From: Amoebophrya sp. A120
Lineage: Eukaryota; Protista; Dinoflagellata
Length of the DNA: 64,000 nucleotides
Direction of reading: 5' to 3'
Assembly (NCBI GenBank): GCA_905178155.1
Contig: CAJINV010000008.1
Location: 2,981,303-3,045,302 of the forward strand
In this document: in pieces, positions 50,735 to 64,000 of the stretch
Position numbering within the stretch: the first letter of the stretch is position 1
Layout: the number at the start of each line of letters is the position of its first letter
The notes under the pieces: model-generated
Seen by the model: only the letters and a program-made list of their open reading frames with translations
Database searches by the model: none
What the model was told of the DNA's origin: nothing
Position numbers and translations under genes: made by a program

Positions 50735-51420
50735 AATGCGTCTGAGATGCTCATCCATCGCAAACGCAGCGCGAAGGCTTTGCCGTTACCATATGGGAGG
50801 AACTCGGGGGTATACAACCACTCGCAAAGTCGGGCATTGCCAAGTGTGTTTTGCCTTCAGAAAGCGCATCGGGGGGAATTTGTGGGAATTTTGCTGAAAG
50901 CAGACAAAACAGCTATTACTAAGCGGGGGGAGCGTAAAAAAGAGCATTTTTGCAGCTCCGCCTGGTCTGCATCTGAAAAAAGATAGTGGTATTTTCGGCT
51001 AGGACCGATGGCGTGATTCGTTTTCTAGCGAAAAATGCGTCACTTCCGGGTAAGTAGCTCCAGCCGCTTATGAATTGAAAAAAAGTGTTGAAAAAATGAA
51101 ATTTTTCGCAGCATGCAAGCGGGCGACAAAATTTACCAAATTCGTGCATGACGCGAAAACCGCTTAGAAATTGAAAATGGCAATTTTTGCTGCGAGAGTA
51201 AAAGCCGCTCGAAAATTGCCGCTCAAAAGTGGTTTTCAAATTTGTCCGGAGGCCCGTGGCACCGGGATTGGACGACAAAAAAACAATTATCAAGCCTGTG
51301 GAGGTGTGTCACACGGGCACGGTTTTCGACCTCTCTTAGGTCGGTGATTGGAACCCTTCACTCGCTTGAAAATGCCCGATCTGGGTGGCCAAAAAGGGCC
51401 GCCGGAAATGAACAGAGTTG
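50735..51420 (+). repeat. Dispersed repeat, copy 1 (~700 bp)
   Basis: Colinear similarity with 57400-58130 (AAACGCAGCGCGAAGGC..CCATATGGGAGG, CAACCACTCGCAAA, AAAATGCGTCAC, GCCTGTGGAGG, CGCTTGAAAATGC). Confidence 0.8.
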
Positions 51421-52497
51421 CGTTGCTTTTTGTAATAAATTTGCGTATTTTTTCGGGCCAGCGTGCCCTCGCGCATAACGTTTTGCACAACGGAGCGATG
51501 CTCGCTGAAAATCTCACTCTTTTGCGCGCCCTTGCTTCCTGGTTAGAGGATGAGAACGCGGCCCGAAGCGGGCTGCAGTGTTGGACCGCGGCCCTTGGTC
51601 CGCGGTCCAAGAGTGGTGCCCGCGCTGGTCCAAGGGTGGTGCTGCATGAGCTGCATGTCGCTCAGGACACAGAGTTACGGAGAAACTCTGTTTTGCGAAA
51701 AATTGTTGATATCGGGTGGCGAATGCGATTAGCAAAGTATTGAGAGAAGAGGCAGGCGAAACAGGAGCGAGGAGAAAATGAATTGAATAGAAAACAACAT
51801 CTGACATCCTGCTCGGCAGTACCAGAATGATAATCCAGTACTTTCGTCCATCGAGGGCATTTTCGAAAAACGCCCCCGATGGACATGTTTCATCTACTCT
51901 TGAAATTTAGTCGCGAAATAGAGGAGCAGGAGGACTTGGTATCAGGCTAGCTCCAGGTACGCTTTCTAGAAAGGTCTTTCATCTGTACCAACGGGGCGCA
52001 CATGAAAAATCGTGACTCCCGCGAATCCTGGCAAGAAAAAGCGACACTGAAAATTACGCCTGCTGGATGCGCTCATCGCAAACATCGTGCATATTCACGG
52101 GGAGATGCGGCAGTCATAAGAGAACGAGATGAAAAACCATGATATAGTGCTGCCATGATGTAGTTTTAGTTTGCCGGAGAGTGAAGATGCATCGGTACTA
52201 CTAGTACAGACCATATTCCTTATTTGCAACTCGAGCACTAGAACGATCGGAGCGGCATGATAAGCGCGTTCTTATTTCCGTGCTTCTTCAACCTAGGCGT
52301 TACTCGGGAAGGGCCGCAGCGAAGTCCATGACCATACTGAAAATTTTCTATCAGCTGTCTACCAATGTTGATGCATCATATTAGTTCTATGTATATATGA
52401 TAAGCACAAGGACGACTGTAAGTGTAAGCCACCAGCTCTTGCATCACTGATACGAGCAAACTTTTCCTCCTCGAAAGAGAGTACCTACCTCATTCAG

Positions 52498-55400
52498 ATC
52501 AAGATGGCGGCCTTTTCCCACGGACACGCACACGCATCCCGGCTTGCGCGAGGCGTAAAAATCTATAAAACTGACAAAATCTTCCACCCGGCGCCTCAGC
52601 CTATAATGCCCCAAAGGCTCTTTGCGGGTGCTGAGTTTTGTATGTACATATCGGCTTGGTATGCAGCAACGAAAGTTAGGGACCTTCTTGTATCGCAGGC
52701 CATTTTCGTTTGTCTTGTTTGTCTCGCAGAAAATGAAATGCAATGCTTCGCGTTGGCGTCAAAATAATGCAGGTCTCACGCGATTCGGTTTCTTTGCCTC
52801 TCTCAGGATGAGAAACAACTACGGGCTTCTGTGAATCGCGCAAGAGAAATAATGCCCGTGCTTCTGGCTATGCTGGGGAACGGAAGAGATGTCTCCTCTC
52901 GATACAAATGTTCTTCTCTTGCTGCAGTGGCTGTGGGTCGAAGTACTGGCGGAGAAGAAGCAGAAGAGAACGAGACTCCGTATCCACCAGGTCTTGCATG
53001 GCTGGCCAAGGTCACACGTGCTCAAAGTTTGGTTCCTGCAACCTACGACAATACGAAAACGATTCCCGTCAAGTTGGACGCAATTGTAGAGGAGATGCAT
53101 TTCAGATGCAGGGTTCTTGCCGTTACTTCTTCTAAGTACATGACTTAGAAGATGGCCAGATTCATAATTACATTTTCCAGAAACACAAAACGAACCCAAA
53201 AATACAGAATTTTGCCCAAAGTGGGACGAGCGCAGGAGTTCGCGTGCCTGGTCCGTCGCGTGTCATGTGTATACTCACCTTCACCGAAGGAGTAGCTGAC
53301 GCTCTTAAAGACCAGCTGCAGCAGATGCACTTGGACATTGATGACCTCGACACAGGCAAAGATTACTATCTTGACATGGACGAGCTAAAAGCTGTGTTTG
53401 ACACAAACCATGATAACAAAATTACGGAAGAAGAGATCGACAAAGTAAAGTTCTTTGATTTGAACGGAGACGGAGCACTTTTGCAAGACGAAATGGAATT
53501 CGCTGACTCATTCAATTGGGCCCTCGACACGCAGTTTAGGTCGGAAGATGGTGACGCGCTCCTGAAAGATGTCAATGATCTTTTGCCTGATGGCCATATC
53601 GCAGAAAGAAATAAGAGCTACACTTATTCACTTTTGAAGATGTAGTAATGTAACTGAGTTATGCAGCTGGTTTGCTCGGCATGCGCATGACAACAAGAGC
53701 TCACAAGGAAAACATTCGTCAAGCTAGGCTCGGTAGCATTTGCCGGAGGGCAGACCGAGGTTGTCTGTGTTGCTTGTTCTGTAGCAATAATGTAAGTCAC
53801 TGCAATACTTTTCTCTCTGCATTATCAAGGACATCGACGAAAAGCAGCTCGAGGCATACGACTTTAACGGAGACTCCCAGCTTTCGCTCGACGAAGTGAA
53901 GCTTCTCGTCCAAGTGGAAAAGAATGATGACGACTTAATTGATGCGAACAGCGACGCACTAGGCATTGCGAATGGCCTCGTGGGGGAGTCTCACAAGCTG
54001 ACGGACGTGGCAGAGTTGAGCTCGTACGATTTGGACGACGACGGGAAAATGTCGCTGGCAGAACTGAAGATGATGTACGCGCTTCGACATCAAAACGGCG
54101 AGGAGATAAGTACTGACCGCCTTGAGGTTGCGGTCAACGGTCTTCTCCCGGCAGAACATGATATCGCAGGAAAAAAGCACTACAGTTAGTTACTTGCTTT
54201 TGCAGATATAGAAGCGTAGACCTGATCGACATGAGCAAAACATGATCACAAGGAAAACATTCGTCAAGGTAGGCTCCTTTAGCATTTTCCGCATGGCCGA
54301 GGTTGTCTGTCTTGGTTGTCCTGCAGAAATGTCCGTCATTGTGATGCTCTCGTGTAGTACTTTTTTCGCTGCATCATGGAGGGAACCATCGACAAAAGTC
54401 AGCTGGAGGCATACGACTTTGACGGAAACTCCCATCTTTCGCTCGACGAAGTGAAGCTTCTCGTCCAAGTGGAAGAGAATGATGACGACCTAATTGCGAA
54501 CAGCGACGCGCTAGGCATTGCGAATGGCGTCTTGGGGGAGTCTAACAAGCTGAAGGACGTGGCAGAGTTGGGAACGTACGATTTGGACGACGACGGGAAA
54601 ATGTCGCTGGAAGAACTGAAGGTGATGTACACGCTTCGACAAAACGACGGGAAGATCAAGCAAGCGCAACTAGTTGACATATCACGAAACCTGTTGCCTC
54701 TTGGAGAATCTTGGCCCAATTGGTTTGAAAGCACCCACGAGCAGCACCGCTTCGGCCAAACTCTGAGTCTCAAGGAGCTCACAGCGGCCGTGCGGCAGCC
54801 AGCAGCCTTCGATCCGAGCCACAACTACAATGAAGCGGAAGAGCGCAATTACCGCGAGCTGTTACTTCAGTCTTCCCCAAATTCCTATAGCTTTGGACAA
54901 ATTTCATCCACAAACGGTGGCGAGAACCCGGCGGACGGTATGCAAAAAATCTTCGACGCCCTCCAAATCGACGGCGGCGATTTTACGGAGGACGAGTTCA
55001 ATCAGCGGGACCTCGACGGCGACGGCCATATTGATGGAAAGGAGCTGCAAACAGCGGTGTTGTTGGGAAAGACTTTGCAAGCTGATCATGCCGGAGGTGA
55101 AGAAAACGCACCACAACTGGCCGTTGAAGACGTCCAGGCACGGATGAAGCTTCTACACCCTGCAAAGTTCGGCTCGTTCGAGAGCGACGTTGCCACTGCC
55201 TACAGCAGTACAGACGAGCATGTGGACCTGGACGGGAAGGCTTCTGCTATGGAAATAAAACTCGCGTACCAAATGCAAGGGGAGAGGAAAGAAATGTCGA
55301 TCACAACTGACGAAGATACGGTCCGAGACACTGTGAACCAATACTTAGGAAGCGAGGCAATCGCTAGCAACGCTGAGCTTAAGACCTATGACTTTGACGA

Positions 55401-58400
55401 AGACGGAAAGATCTCCCTGGCCGAACTCAAGGTGATTCACGAGCTTCGTCGAAACCACGGGAAGTTCGACAATCGACCGCACTCCCTCGGTGGCATTGAA
55501 TTACTTCAGGACCTACTGCCAGAGACGCAAGAAGCCGAGACGTATTGGACCGCATTCCAAGGTCTAGACGGTCATTCCGCCGGTCAATGGAGCAGAGAAG
55601 AAATTCTTCTTGCGGTGCGGCAGGCTCCGGCGGACGATTCCGCAAGCGACCTCCTGACTGAGAAGGCCGGAGTAGATCCGATCGGCCTGGATGAGATGAA
55701 TACCAACTACCGAGACATGATACAGGCATTGCAAATAGACGGGCGAGCATCCGACTCCGAGCATAAAGCAGATGACTTTAAGATGCGGGACCTCAACGGC
55801 GACGGCGGAATTGACTCCCGTGAACTGCAGGTCGCGGTGCTGATGGGGGACAAATTCCAGACCGAGAGCGGAAAAGCGAACGTCGAGGACGTCACCGCGC
55901 TGCTGCAAACGCTGAAAGACGATAAGGATTTGGGACATCTAGCAGTAGGAGACACCGACGTCGTGCGCAATTACGACATCGACCGTGACGGGGAGCTGTC
56001 CCCCGCAGAACTGAAGGTCATGTACCAAATGCTGATCAAGGAGAGTGGCGATAGTGGCGGTAAACCAGACGAGCACATAGGCATCAGCGATGCGAACAAC
56101 GACGCGCTAGACCTTGCGAATGCCTTCGTGGGACGAGAGGAGGACAAGCTGGGCGACAACTCAGAGTTGAGGACGTACGATTTGGACGACGACGGGAAAA
56201 TGTCGCTGGAAGAACTGAAGGTGATGTACAAACTTCGAAACAGCAATACGGGGGGGATCGCCGGGAGCGACATCCCACAAAGTCTGCAACCTTCCAGTGG
56301 AGACTGGGACGACCACTCCGTGAAAAGCATCGACGGCGACGACCAAAAGCTGAGTCTCGAGGAAATTACAGTGGCCGTGCGGCAGCCAGCAGCCTTTCCA
56401 AGCCACAGCTACAATAACGCGGAAGAGGGCAATTACCGCAACCTGCTACTTCAGTCATCCCCAAATTCCTATAGCTTTGCAGAAATTTCATCCACAGACG
56501 GTAATATGAAAAAAATCGTCGACGTCCTGCAAATCGGCGGCGATTTTACACAGACCGAGTTCAATCAGCGGGACCTCGACGGCGACGGCCATATTGATGG
56601 AAAGGAGCTGCAAGCGGCGGTGTTGTTGGGAAAGACTTTGCAAGCTGATCATGCAGGAGGTGAACAAAACGCGCCACAACTGTCCGTGGAAGACGTCCAC
56701 GCGCGGATGAAGCTTCTACACCCTGCAAAGTTCGGCTCGTTCGAGAGCGGCGTTGCCACTGCCTACAGCAGTACAGACGACCACGCGGACGATAAGGTCT
56801 CTGCTATGGAAATAAAACTTGCGTACCAAATGCAAGGGGCGAGCGAAAAAATGTCGATCGAAACTAAAAAAAATGCCGATACGGCCCGAGAGACTGTGAA
56901 CCAATACTTAGGAAGAGATGCAAAAATCGCTAGCATTGCTGAGCTTAAGACATATGACTTTGACGAAGACGGAAAGATCTCCCTGGCCGAACTGAAGGTG
57001 ATTCACGAACTGAAAACAAACGACGGAAAATTCGATGTGTCGCAGGGTTCACTCGGTGGCACGGAGCTGCTTGAGGAATTGCTGCCAGGCAGAATAAGCG
57101 AGGGGAAGAAAGCGGACTACCTGAACCAGTGGCAGACCATGGACGGCTCCAGGTCCGGCGGCAATGACAAGTGGAGCATTCAGGAAATTACTATGGCTGT
57201 GCGGCAGCCTCCGGGAGTCAACGGTCCTGGGGCTGGAGATGAAGATGCCGACAGTACATACAAGGAGTTCCTCAGAGGTCTGTCGCGCAAAGATTTGACA
57301 TTCAGCCAAATCTTATCAAAGCAAATATTTCACTTCCACTTTAACAACAAGAGACACATGGCATGACGTCCGGCTTCCGCCAATGCGGACCTCCCTTGGG
57401 GTGATCTGGTAACCAAAGCGTGCATCACAAACGCAGCGCGAAGGCGTTGTCGTTGCCATATGGGAGGGAGTCGGGAGTACTTATGCAACCACTCGCAAAA
57501 TGAATATGAAAGTGGGGCATTTGCAAGCCTGTCTAGTCTTCAGAAAGCGAATCCCGGAACATTTGCGCGACTTTCGCCAAAAGCAGCAACGCCAGCAACT
57601 GTCAAGCGCGGGAAGGGTAAAAAAGAGCAGTCATGCTGCTCCGCCCGGTTTGATTCTGATGAAAAAGAGTAGCACTTACTACTTTCGGCTAAGGCCGAAG
57701 GTGTGATGCGTTTTATAGCGGAAAATGCGTCACGATCACCTCCAGGCAGCTCCGGCCGCTTGAAATTGAAACAAATTTACAGAAAAAGTGCTATGCTTCG
57801 CAGCCTGCAAGCGGCCGACAAAATCGACCACTTTTGTGCAGGACCCGGAGACGGCTTAGAAATTGAATCTGAAAATGATAGCAAACTTTTGCTGAAAAAG
57901 CAAGCACCTATCGAAGCCTGCTGCTCAAAAGCAGCTTTCAAATTCGTCCAGAGGCTCGTGCCGCCGGGAACAAAGAAAAAGGACAGAAAGAAACGTCTAC
58001 TGAGCCTGTGGAGGCGTGTCCAGCCGCCACAGATTCCAGCCTCGTGAGGAGCCAAAAGCGGATCCCTTTCCCCGCTTGAAAATGCTTGACCCGGGCGGCC
58101 CAAAAGGGCTGCCAGAATGGAAATGGCCAAAATGATGCAACTTTTTGAAGTTCCCTGTTTTCTATCTTTCCGCCTGTCGTCGTGCATAATGTTATGCGCG
58201 ACAGTATGGTGGGCCTATGAACACAAAGGTGTAAAATGTGATTGGGGTAGCGACACGGTTTCCATGTAATGGATTCAGCTCACATTCACTTATTTGTGTA
58301 TATGCGCGTGAGCCTGTATTGTATGCGCCGGCGACGTTAGCCCTCGAAAAACATCTGTTGTGTTTTTGGGTAGAGGGATTTTTGCAGTTGACACAACGAG

Positions 58401-61400
58401 GAGAGCAAATTTCAAAAAATAGCCGACGCCCTAAAGATTGACGGAAAATTTACAACGACCGAGTTCAACCAGCGGGACCTCGACGGCAATGGCCATATTG
58501 ATGGAAAGGAGCTGCAAGCGGCGGTGTTGTTGGGAAAAAATTTGCAAGCAGCTGATCATGCAGGAGGTGAAAACAACGCGCCACAACTGTCCGTGGAAGA
58601 CGTCCAGGCTCGGATGGAGCTTCTGCACCCGGTAAAGTTCGACTCGTTCGAGACAGACGGCCACAGTGCCTACAGCAGTACAGACGACCACGCGGACGAT
58701 AAGGTCTCTGCTATGGAAATAAAACTCGCGTACCAAATACAAGGGGAGAGGAATAAAGAAATGTCGATCGCAACTAAAAAAGATGCCGATACGGTCCGAG
58801 ACACTGTGAACCAGTACTTAGGAAGCGATCATGCAATCGCTAGCAACGCTGAGCTCAAGACCTATGACTTTGACGAAGACGGGAGCATCTCCCTGGCCGA
58901 ACTCAAGGTGATTCACGAGCTTCGTCAACACGACGGGCAGTTCGACAATCAGCCGGGCTCCCTCGGTGGCATTGAATTACTCCAGGCCCTACTGCCAGAG
59001 ACGCAAGAAGCCGAGATGTATTGGACCGCATTCCGAGATCTAGACGGTCATTCCGCCGGTCAATGGAGCAGAGAAGAAATTCTTCTTGCTGCGCGGCAGG
59101 CTCCGCCGGACGACTACGACGACACGCAGTACCACAAGCTCCTAACGGAGACGACTGGGTCGATTGATCTTACAGCTGTGAACGACAACGACAGACTTCG
59201 ACAGATGTTGCAAATAGACGGGAAAGCATCCCACCTTAATATGCGGGACCTCAACGGCGACGGCGAAATTGACCCCCGTGAACTGCAGGTCGCGGTGCTG
59301 ATGGGAGACAAATTTCAGACCGAGAGCGGAAAAGCGAAGATCGATGACGTCACCGCGCTGCTGCAGACGCTGGACCACGATACAAAGTTGAAAGCTTTAG
59401 CAGGAAGCACCGTGGACGATTACGACATTGACGGTGACGGGAATCTGTCCTCGGCAGAACTGAAGGTCATGTACCAGATGCTGGTTGACAAGGATGGTGA
59501 TGCTCCAAGCAATCGAGACGAACTGATAAGCATCGACAGCGATGCGCTAGGCATTGCGAATGCCCTCAGGGGAGAGTCTAACAAGCTGACGGAGCCAGAG
59601 TTGTGGACGTACGATTTGGACGACGACGGGAAAATGTCGCTGGACGAACTGAAGATGATGCACACGCTTCGAGACAACGGCGGGATTTTACTTGACGATC
59701 AAAAGGCGAAGATCCCAGAAGGCCTGCTTCCTTCCGGGGGAGGCACATGGGACCTGTACAAAAGCATCGACGGCAACAGGCAAAGTCTGAGTCTCGAGGA
59801 TATCACAGCGGCCGTGCGGCAGCCAGCAGCTTCTGCGGACCACAGCTCCTACACGCCCCAGGAAGAGAGCTTTTACCGCGATCTGCTCTTTCCGTCACCG
59901 CAATCTGCTTCTTCTATTCATGGAAACTATAACATGGATTTTGCCATGATTTCCGCAAACGCTGGCAAGAACGCTGGTTCGAGAAAAATCTTCGACGCCC
60001 TCCAAATCGGCGGCGGCCATTTTACGAAGACTGAGTTCGAACTGCGGGACCTGGACGGCAGCGGCGAAATTGACTCCCAGGAACTGCTGCTCGCGGTGCT
60101 GATGGGAGACAAATTCCAGACCGAGAACGGAAAAGCGAAAATCGAGGATGTCACCGCGCTGCTGCAGACGCTGGAACACGATACTGGGTTGAAAGGTTTA
60201 GCAGGACGCAGTGACAATAATGGGAATCTGTCCCCAGCACAACTGAAGGACATGGTGGGCGATTACGACATTGACGGTAACGGGAATCTGTCTCCAGCAG
60301 AGCTGAAGGTCATGTACCAGATGCTGGTGAAAGAGGATGGCGATGGTCAACCCAATCCAGACGTACGGATAGGCATCGACAGCGATGCGCTAGGCATTGC
60401 GAATGCCCTCGTGGGAGACCAGCAGAAGGAGCTGACGGAGCCAGAGTTGAGGACGTACGATTTGGACGACGACGGGAAAATGTCGCTGGAAGAACTGAAG
60501 GTGATGCACACGCTTCGAGACAACGGCGGCAAGATAACTATTGACGCGCAAAATCCAGAAAAAGCGAAGATCCCACAGGGCCTGCATCCTTCCGGAGGAA
60601 CATGGGTCCAGTTCAGAAGCATCGACAGCAACGGCCGAAGCCTGAGCCTAGAGGAAATCACAGCGGCCGTGCGGCAGCCAGCAGTTTCTGCGGACCACAT
60701 CACCAGCTACGAACCCACGGACGTGAGCACTTACCGCAAGCTGCTCCTTCAGGTTCAGTCAACCTCAGAGTCCTATGGCTTTGAAGATATTTCATCCGCA
60801 GACGGTAAGGCGCATCCAGGTATGAACAAAATCCTCGACGCCCTTCAGATCGACGGTGGCGATTTTACGAAGACTGAGTTCGAGCAGCGGGACCTCAACG
60901 GCGACGACAAAATTGACTCCCGGGAACTGAAGGTCGCGGTGCTGATGGGAGCTAAGTTCCAGACCGGGAACGAAGCGAAAATCGAGGATGTCACCGCACT
61001 GCTGCAGACGCTGGAACACGATACTGGGTTGAAAGGTTTATCAGGACGCAGTGACAATAATGGGAATCTGTCCCCAGCACAACTGAAGGATATGGTGGGC
61101 GATTACGACATTGACGGTAACGGGAATCTGTCTCCAGCAGAGCTGAAGGTCATGTACCAGATGCTGGTGAAAGAGGATGGCGATGGTCAACCCAATCCAG
61201 ACGTACGGATAGGCATCGACAGCGATGCGCTATGCATTGCGAATGCCCTCGTGGGAGACCAGCAGAAGGAGCTGACGGAGCCAGAGTTGAGGACGTACGA
61301 TTTGGACGACGACGGGAAAATGTCGCTGGAAGAACTGAAGGTGATGTACAGGCTTCGAAACCAAGGGGGGGAGATCGACGCGAACGACATCCCAAAAACT

Positions 61401-64000
61401 CTGCACCCTCCAGTAACATGGGACTCCGTGAAAAGCATCCACGGCGACGACCAAAAGCTGAGTCTCGAGGAAATTACAGCGGCCGTGCGGCAGCCAGCAG
61501 CCTTGGAGCAGGGCAGCAGCTACCACGAAACAGAGGAGACCACGTACCGCAAGCTCCTTCATTCCGTCACAGATTATGGCTACAGCGATATTTCCCATCA
61601 GGGTGGCCAGGGTGGCAGCGAACCGCAGGCCGACATGAAAAAAATCTTCGACGCCCTTCAAATCGACGGCGGCGATTTTACGGAGGACGAGTTCAATCAG
61701 CGGGACCTGGACGGCAACGGTAAAATCAGTGGAACTGAGCTGCAGGCAGCGGTGTTGATGGGGAAGCATTTCCAGGCTGGGGACGGGGGCCAGTCAGGTA
61801 CAGATATACAGGAGACTATAGGGAACGTACAGGCTCGGATGGCTCTGCTGGACAGCCGGTATGACAGCATCAACGACGACGTGAAGCCATACGACTTCGA
61901 CGGTAAAGACGGGATCTCTCCAGCGGAACTGAAAATCATGTTCATGATGGGCGGCGGTATCTTGAGTCAAAACGCGCTCCCACTGATTACTGACGGTCAT
62001 CCTTTTTTTGCTGCCACAAAGATAGATCTCTGCCTAGTTTTTACGCAGTGCACCATCTTGCTAAGGGAAAGCGCATTGGCGTTCGCATGCATGATCGCGC
62101 ATCGACGTGTAGTCCTAAGTCTGCATAATTGATGTCGCAGCTCCGTACACTAACTTCCAGCTGACTGGTCAACTGTGCCAAGTCTTTGCTCCTTTTGATG
62201 CGTAAGCACTACGAGCTGCATAGTATCAGGCACAGGGCGCTTTTCCGCATTACAAACAACCAAAAACACGAGTTGGATATGAGGACAATGAAGGACCATG
62301 ATAAAACGAAGGACGTAATCAACCAGCTCTGCGACGGGCAGGCTTCTTGCAATATTGATAGCCTCGCGGAACTCAAGACCTACGATTTCGACGCCGATGG
62401 CAAATTGTCCCTTGCCGAGCTCAAAGTTCTTCGAGAGCTGGAGTCGAATGGTGGACAGCTTGCTCCTGCTAAGATGTGGAAATGCGTACGCACCGTCATC
62501 TGTTGTATCAAAACCATCTAGTTGCTTCCGCATCCGCTGTCTAGATGAAGACTCGAAGTCAGAAAAAAGGCGGCGCTTCTTGTGCCCACTTTGAAGTAAA
62601 CATGTGCCTGTGCGAGAGTGGGTGGCACCGTTTCTGCCGTTCATTGCAAATACTTGGAGATTCTGATTTGGGACCTTGACCTTGATGCGCAGTGTGAGTG
62701 TCGTTCTAGGAGCTGGTCTTAGAGACAGAGAAAAGGAAGTCGAACTTCTGGTGCATGATAGATGATGATGTCTGATGATGCTGCTCATTTTATTCCCGGG
62801 ATACAGTGTAAGATACAGTTACGGCTTCTGAGTGATCTGTTTCCCGATTCTTCACTCGACGACAACGACTATTGGAAAAGCTTCACCGGGGTATCGACCA
62901 ACGACGCCGACACCAACTGGAGCAAAGAAGAAATTCTTCTTGCTGCGCGGCAGGCTCCGCCGGACGACTACGGCAGCACGCAGTACCACAAGCTCCTAAC
63001 GGGGCCGACTGGGTCGTCGATTGATCTTGCAGCTGTGAACGACGAGCACAACGACAAACTTCGACAGATGTTGCAAATAGACGGGCCAGCATCCCCGCTC
63101 ACAGCAGAAGACTTCAATATGCGCGACCTCAACGGCGACGGCGAAATTGACTCCCGTGAACTGCAGGTCGCGGTGCTGATGGGAGGTAAGTTCCAGACCG
63201 TCGAGGACGTCACCGCGCTGCTGCGGACCACGCTGAAAGACGACACATCAAAGTTGGCAGATTTAGCAGCAAGCACCGTGGCCGTGGGCGATTACGACAT
63301 TGACGGTGACAAGAATCTGTCCCCAGCAGAACTGAAGGTCATGTACCAGATGCTGATCGACGAGAGTGGCCAGACCGGTGGTCCTGATGAGTATATCAAC
63401 TGCAAATATGTCTAACTGGAAGAGTGCCAGACTTGTCATGCAGGTTTTTCATGACCCATCCCCATGACCATAAGGTCAGGTATGGAGGACATAGAATGAC
63501 AGAATCTGTGAGAGTTCTATCATACTATCATACCTATCCTGCTGCATGAGAAACTAAACTGCCTCTCGATTAGGTCAAAAGTGGACATCTTTTGGGAATC
63601 ATGCAGCACAGATTTTTACATGATTCAGATATAGCATGACAAGTTGCTTTGTTCCAGACCCACACATTTTTGCAGTTGACAGACTACATTGACATCGACA
63701 GCCCAGACAACGATGACGACGCCGTGCTGCTCGCGAATCAGCTGCTCCCGAGCCCTGGCCAAGCCAATACGTTCACCAACGACGACCTCCGTCTGTACGA
63801 CGTCAACAACGACGGGAAAATGTCCCTCGAGGAGCTGAAGTTGATGCACGATTGGCACACTCGGTCGTATCGCAGCGGAATGGATACCGCAGCTATGCGG
63901 AGCCGCTTCGACGAAAAACTTGACTTCTCTCCCACGATACAATTCGACCCAAACTACGATATCAACAACGACAAACACTTCTCCCCCGCTGAACTGAAGT
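52498..64000 (+). CDS. Giant multi-EF-hand repeat protein (5' end uncertain, runs off the right edge)
   Basis: Dozens of DxDxDG-x-(I/L/M)-S/D-xxEL loops in ORFs 53244, 53896, 54376-57366, 58524-62132, 62186, 62762 and a last exon from ~63682. Joined through introners at 52869-53273, 53597-53823, 54162-54375, 57314-58393 and 63394-63681; the junctions near 61958 and 62460 are unresolved. Confidence 0.82.
57400..58130 (+). repeat. Dispersed repeat, copy 2, inside a ~1.08-kb intron (57314-58393)
   Basis: Colinear similarity with 50735-51420. Confidence 0.8.
63394..63681. mobile_element. Introner related to family A, TSD GAGTA/GACTA
   Basis: TATCAACTGCAAA / TTTGCAGTTGACA; join DDYIDID. Confidence 0.85.

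Overview
Eukaryotic genomic DNA. The low-complexity, insertion-rich proteins and the intron style suggest a parasitic dinoflagellate such as Amoebophrya; this is an inference. The dominant signal is about 35 short elements (mostly 145-490 bp) bounded by terminal inverted repeats (TAT[C/G]...[G/C]ATA) and flanked by 5-bp direct repeats. Almost all interrupt exons and mostly lack GT-AG ends. Removing an element plus one 5-bp copy restores the reading frame in every case I could resolve. Using that rule I reconstructed + strand genes for: a coiled-coil/MATH-like protein (5213-11425), a RAD5/16-type SNF2-RING-UBA helicase (13771-22953), a GT34-like glycosyltransferase (~25127-34008), an unknown protein (34529-35632), a tandem two-domain PanD-like aspartate decarboxylase (36821-43122), MDP-1 phosphatase (44931-47920) and a giant EF-hand repeat protein (~52498 to beyond 64000). 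A partial sideroflexin lies on the - strand. The left 2.7 kb differs: two intronless - strand ORFs with strongly base-paired spacers, one of them a predicted double pseudoknot. All gene models were built by hand and need RNA evidence.
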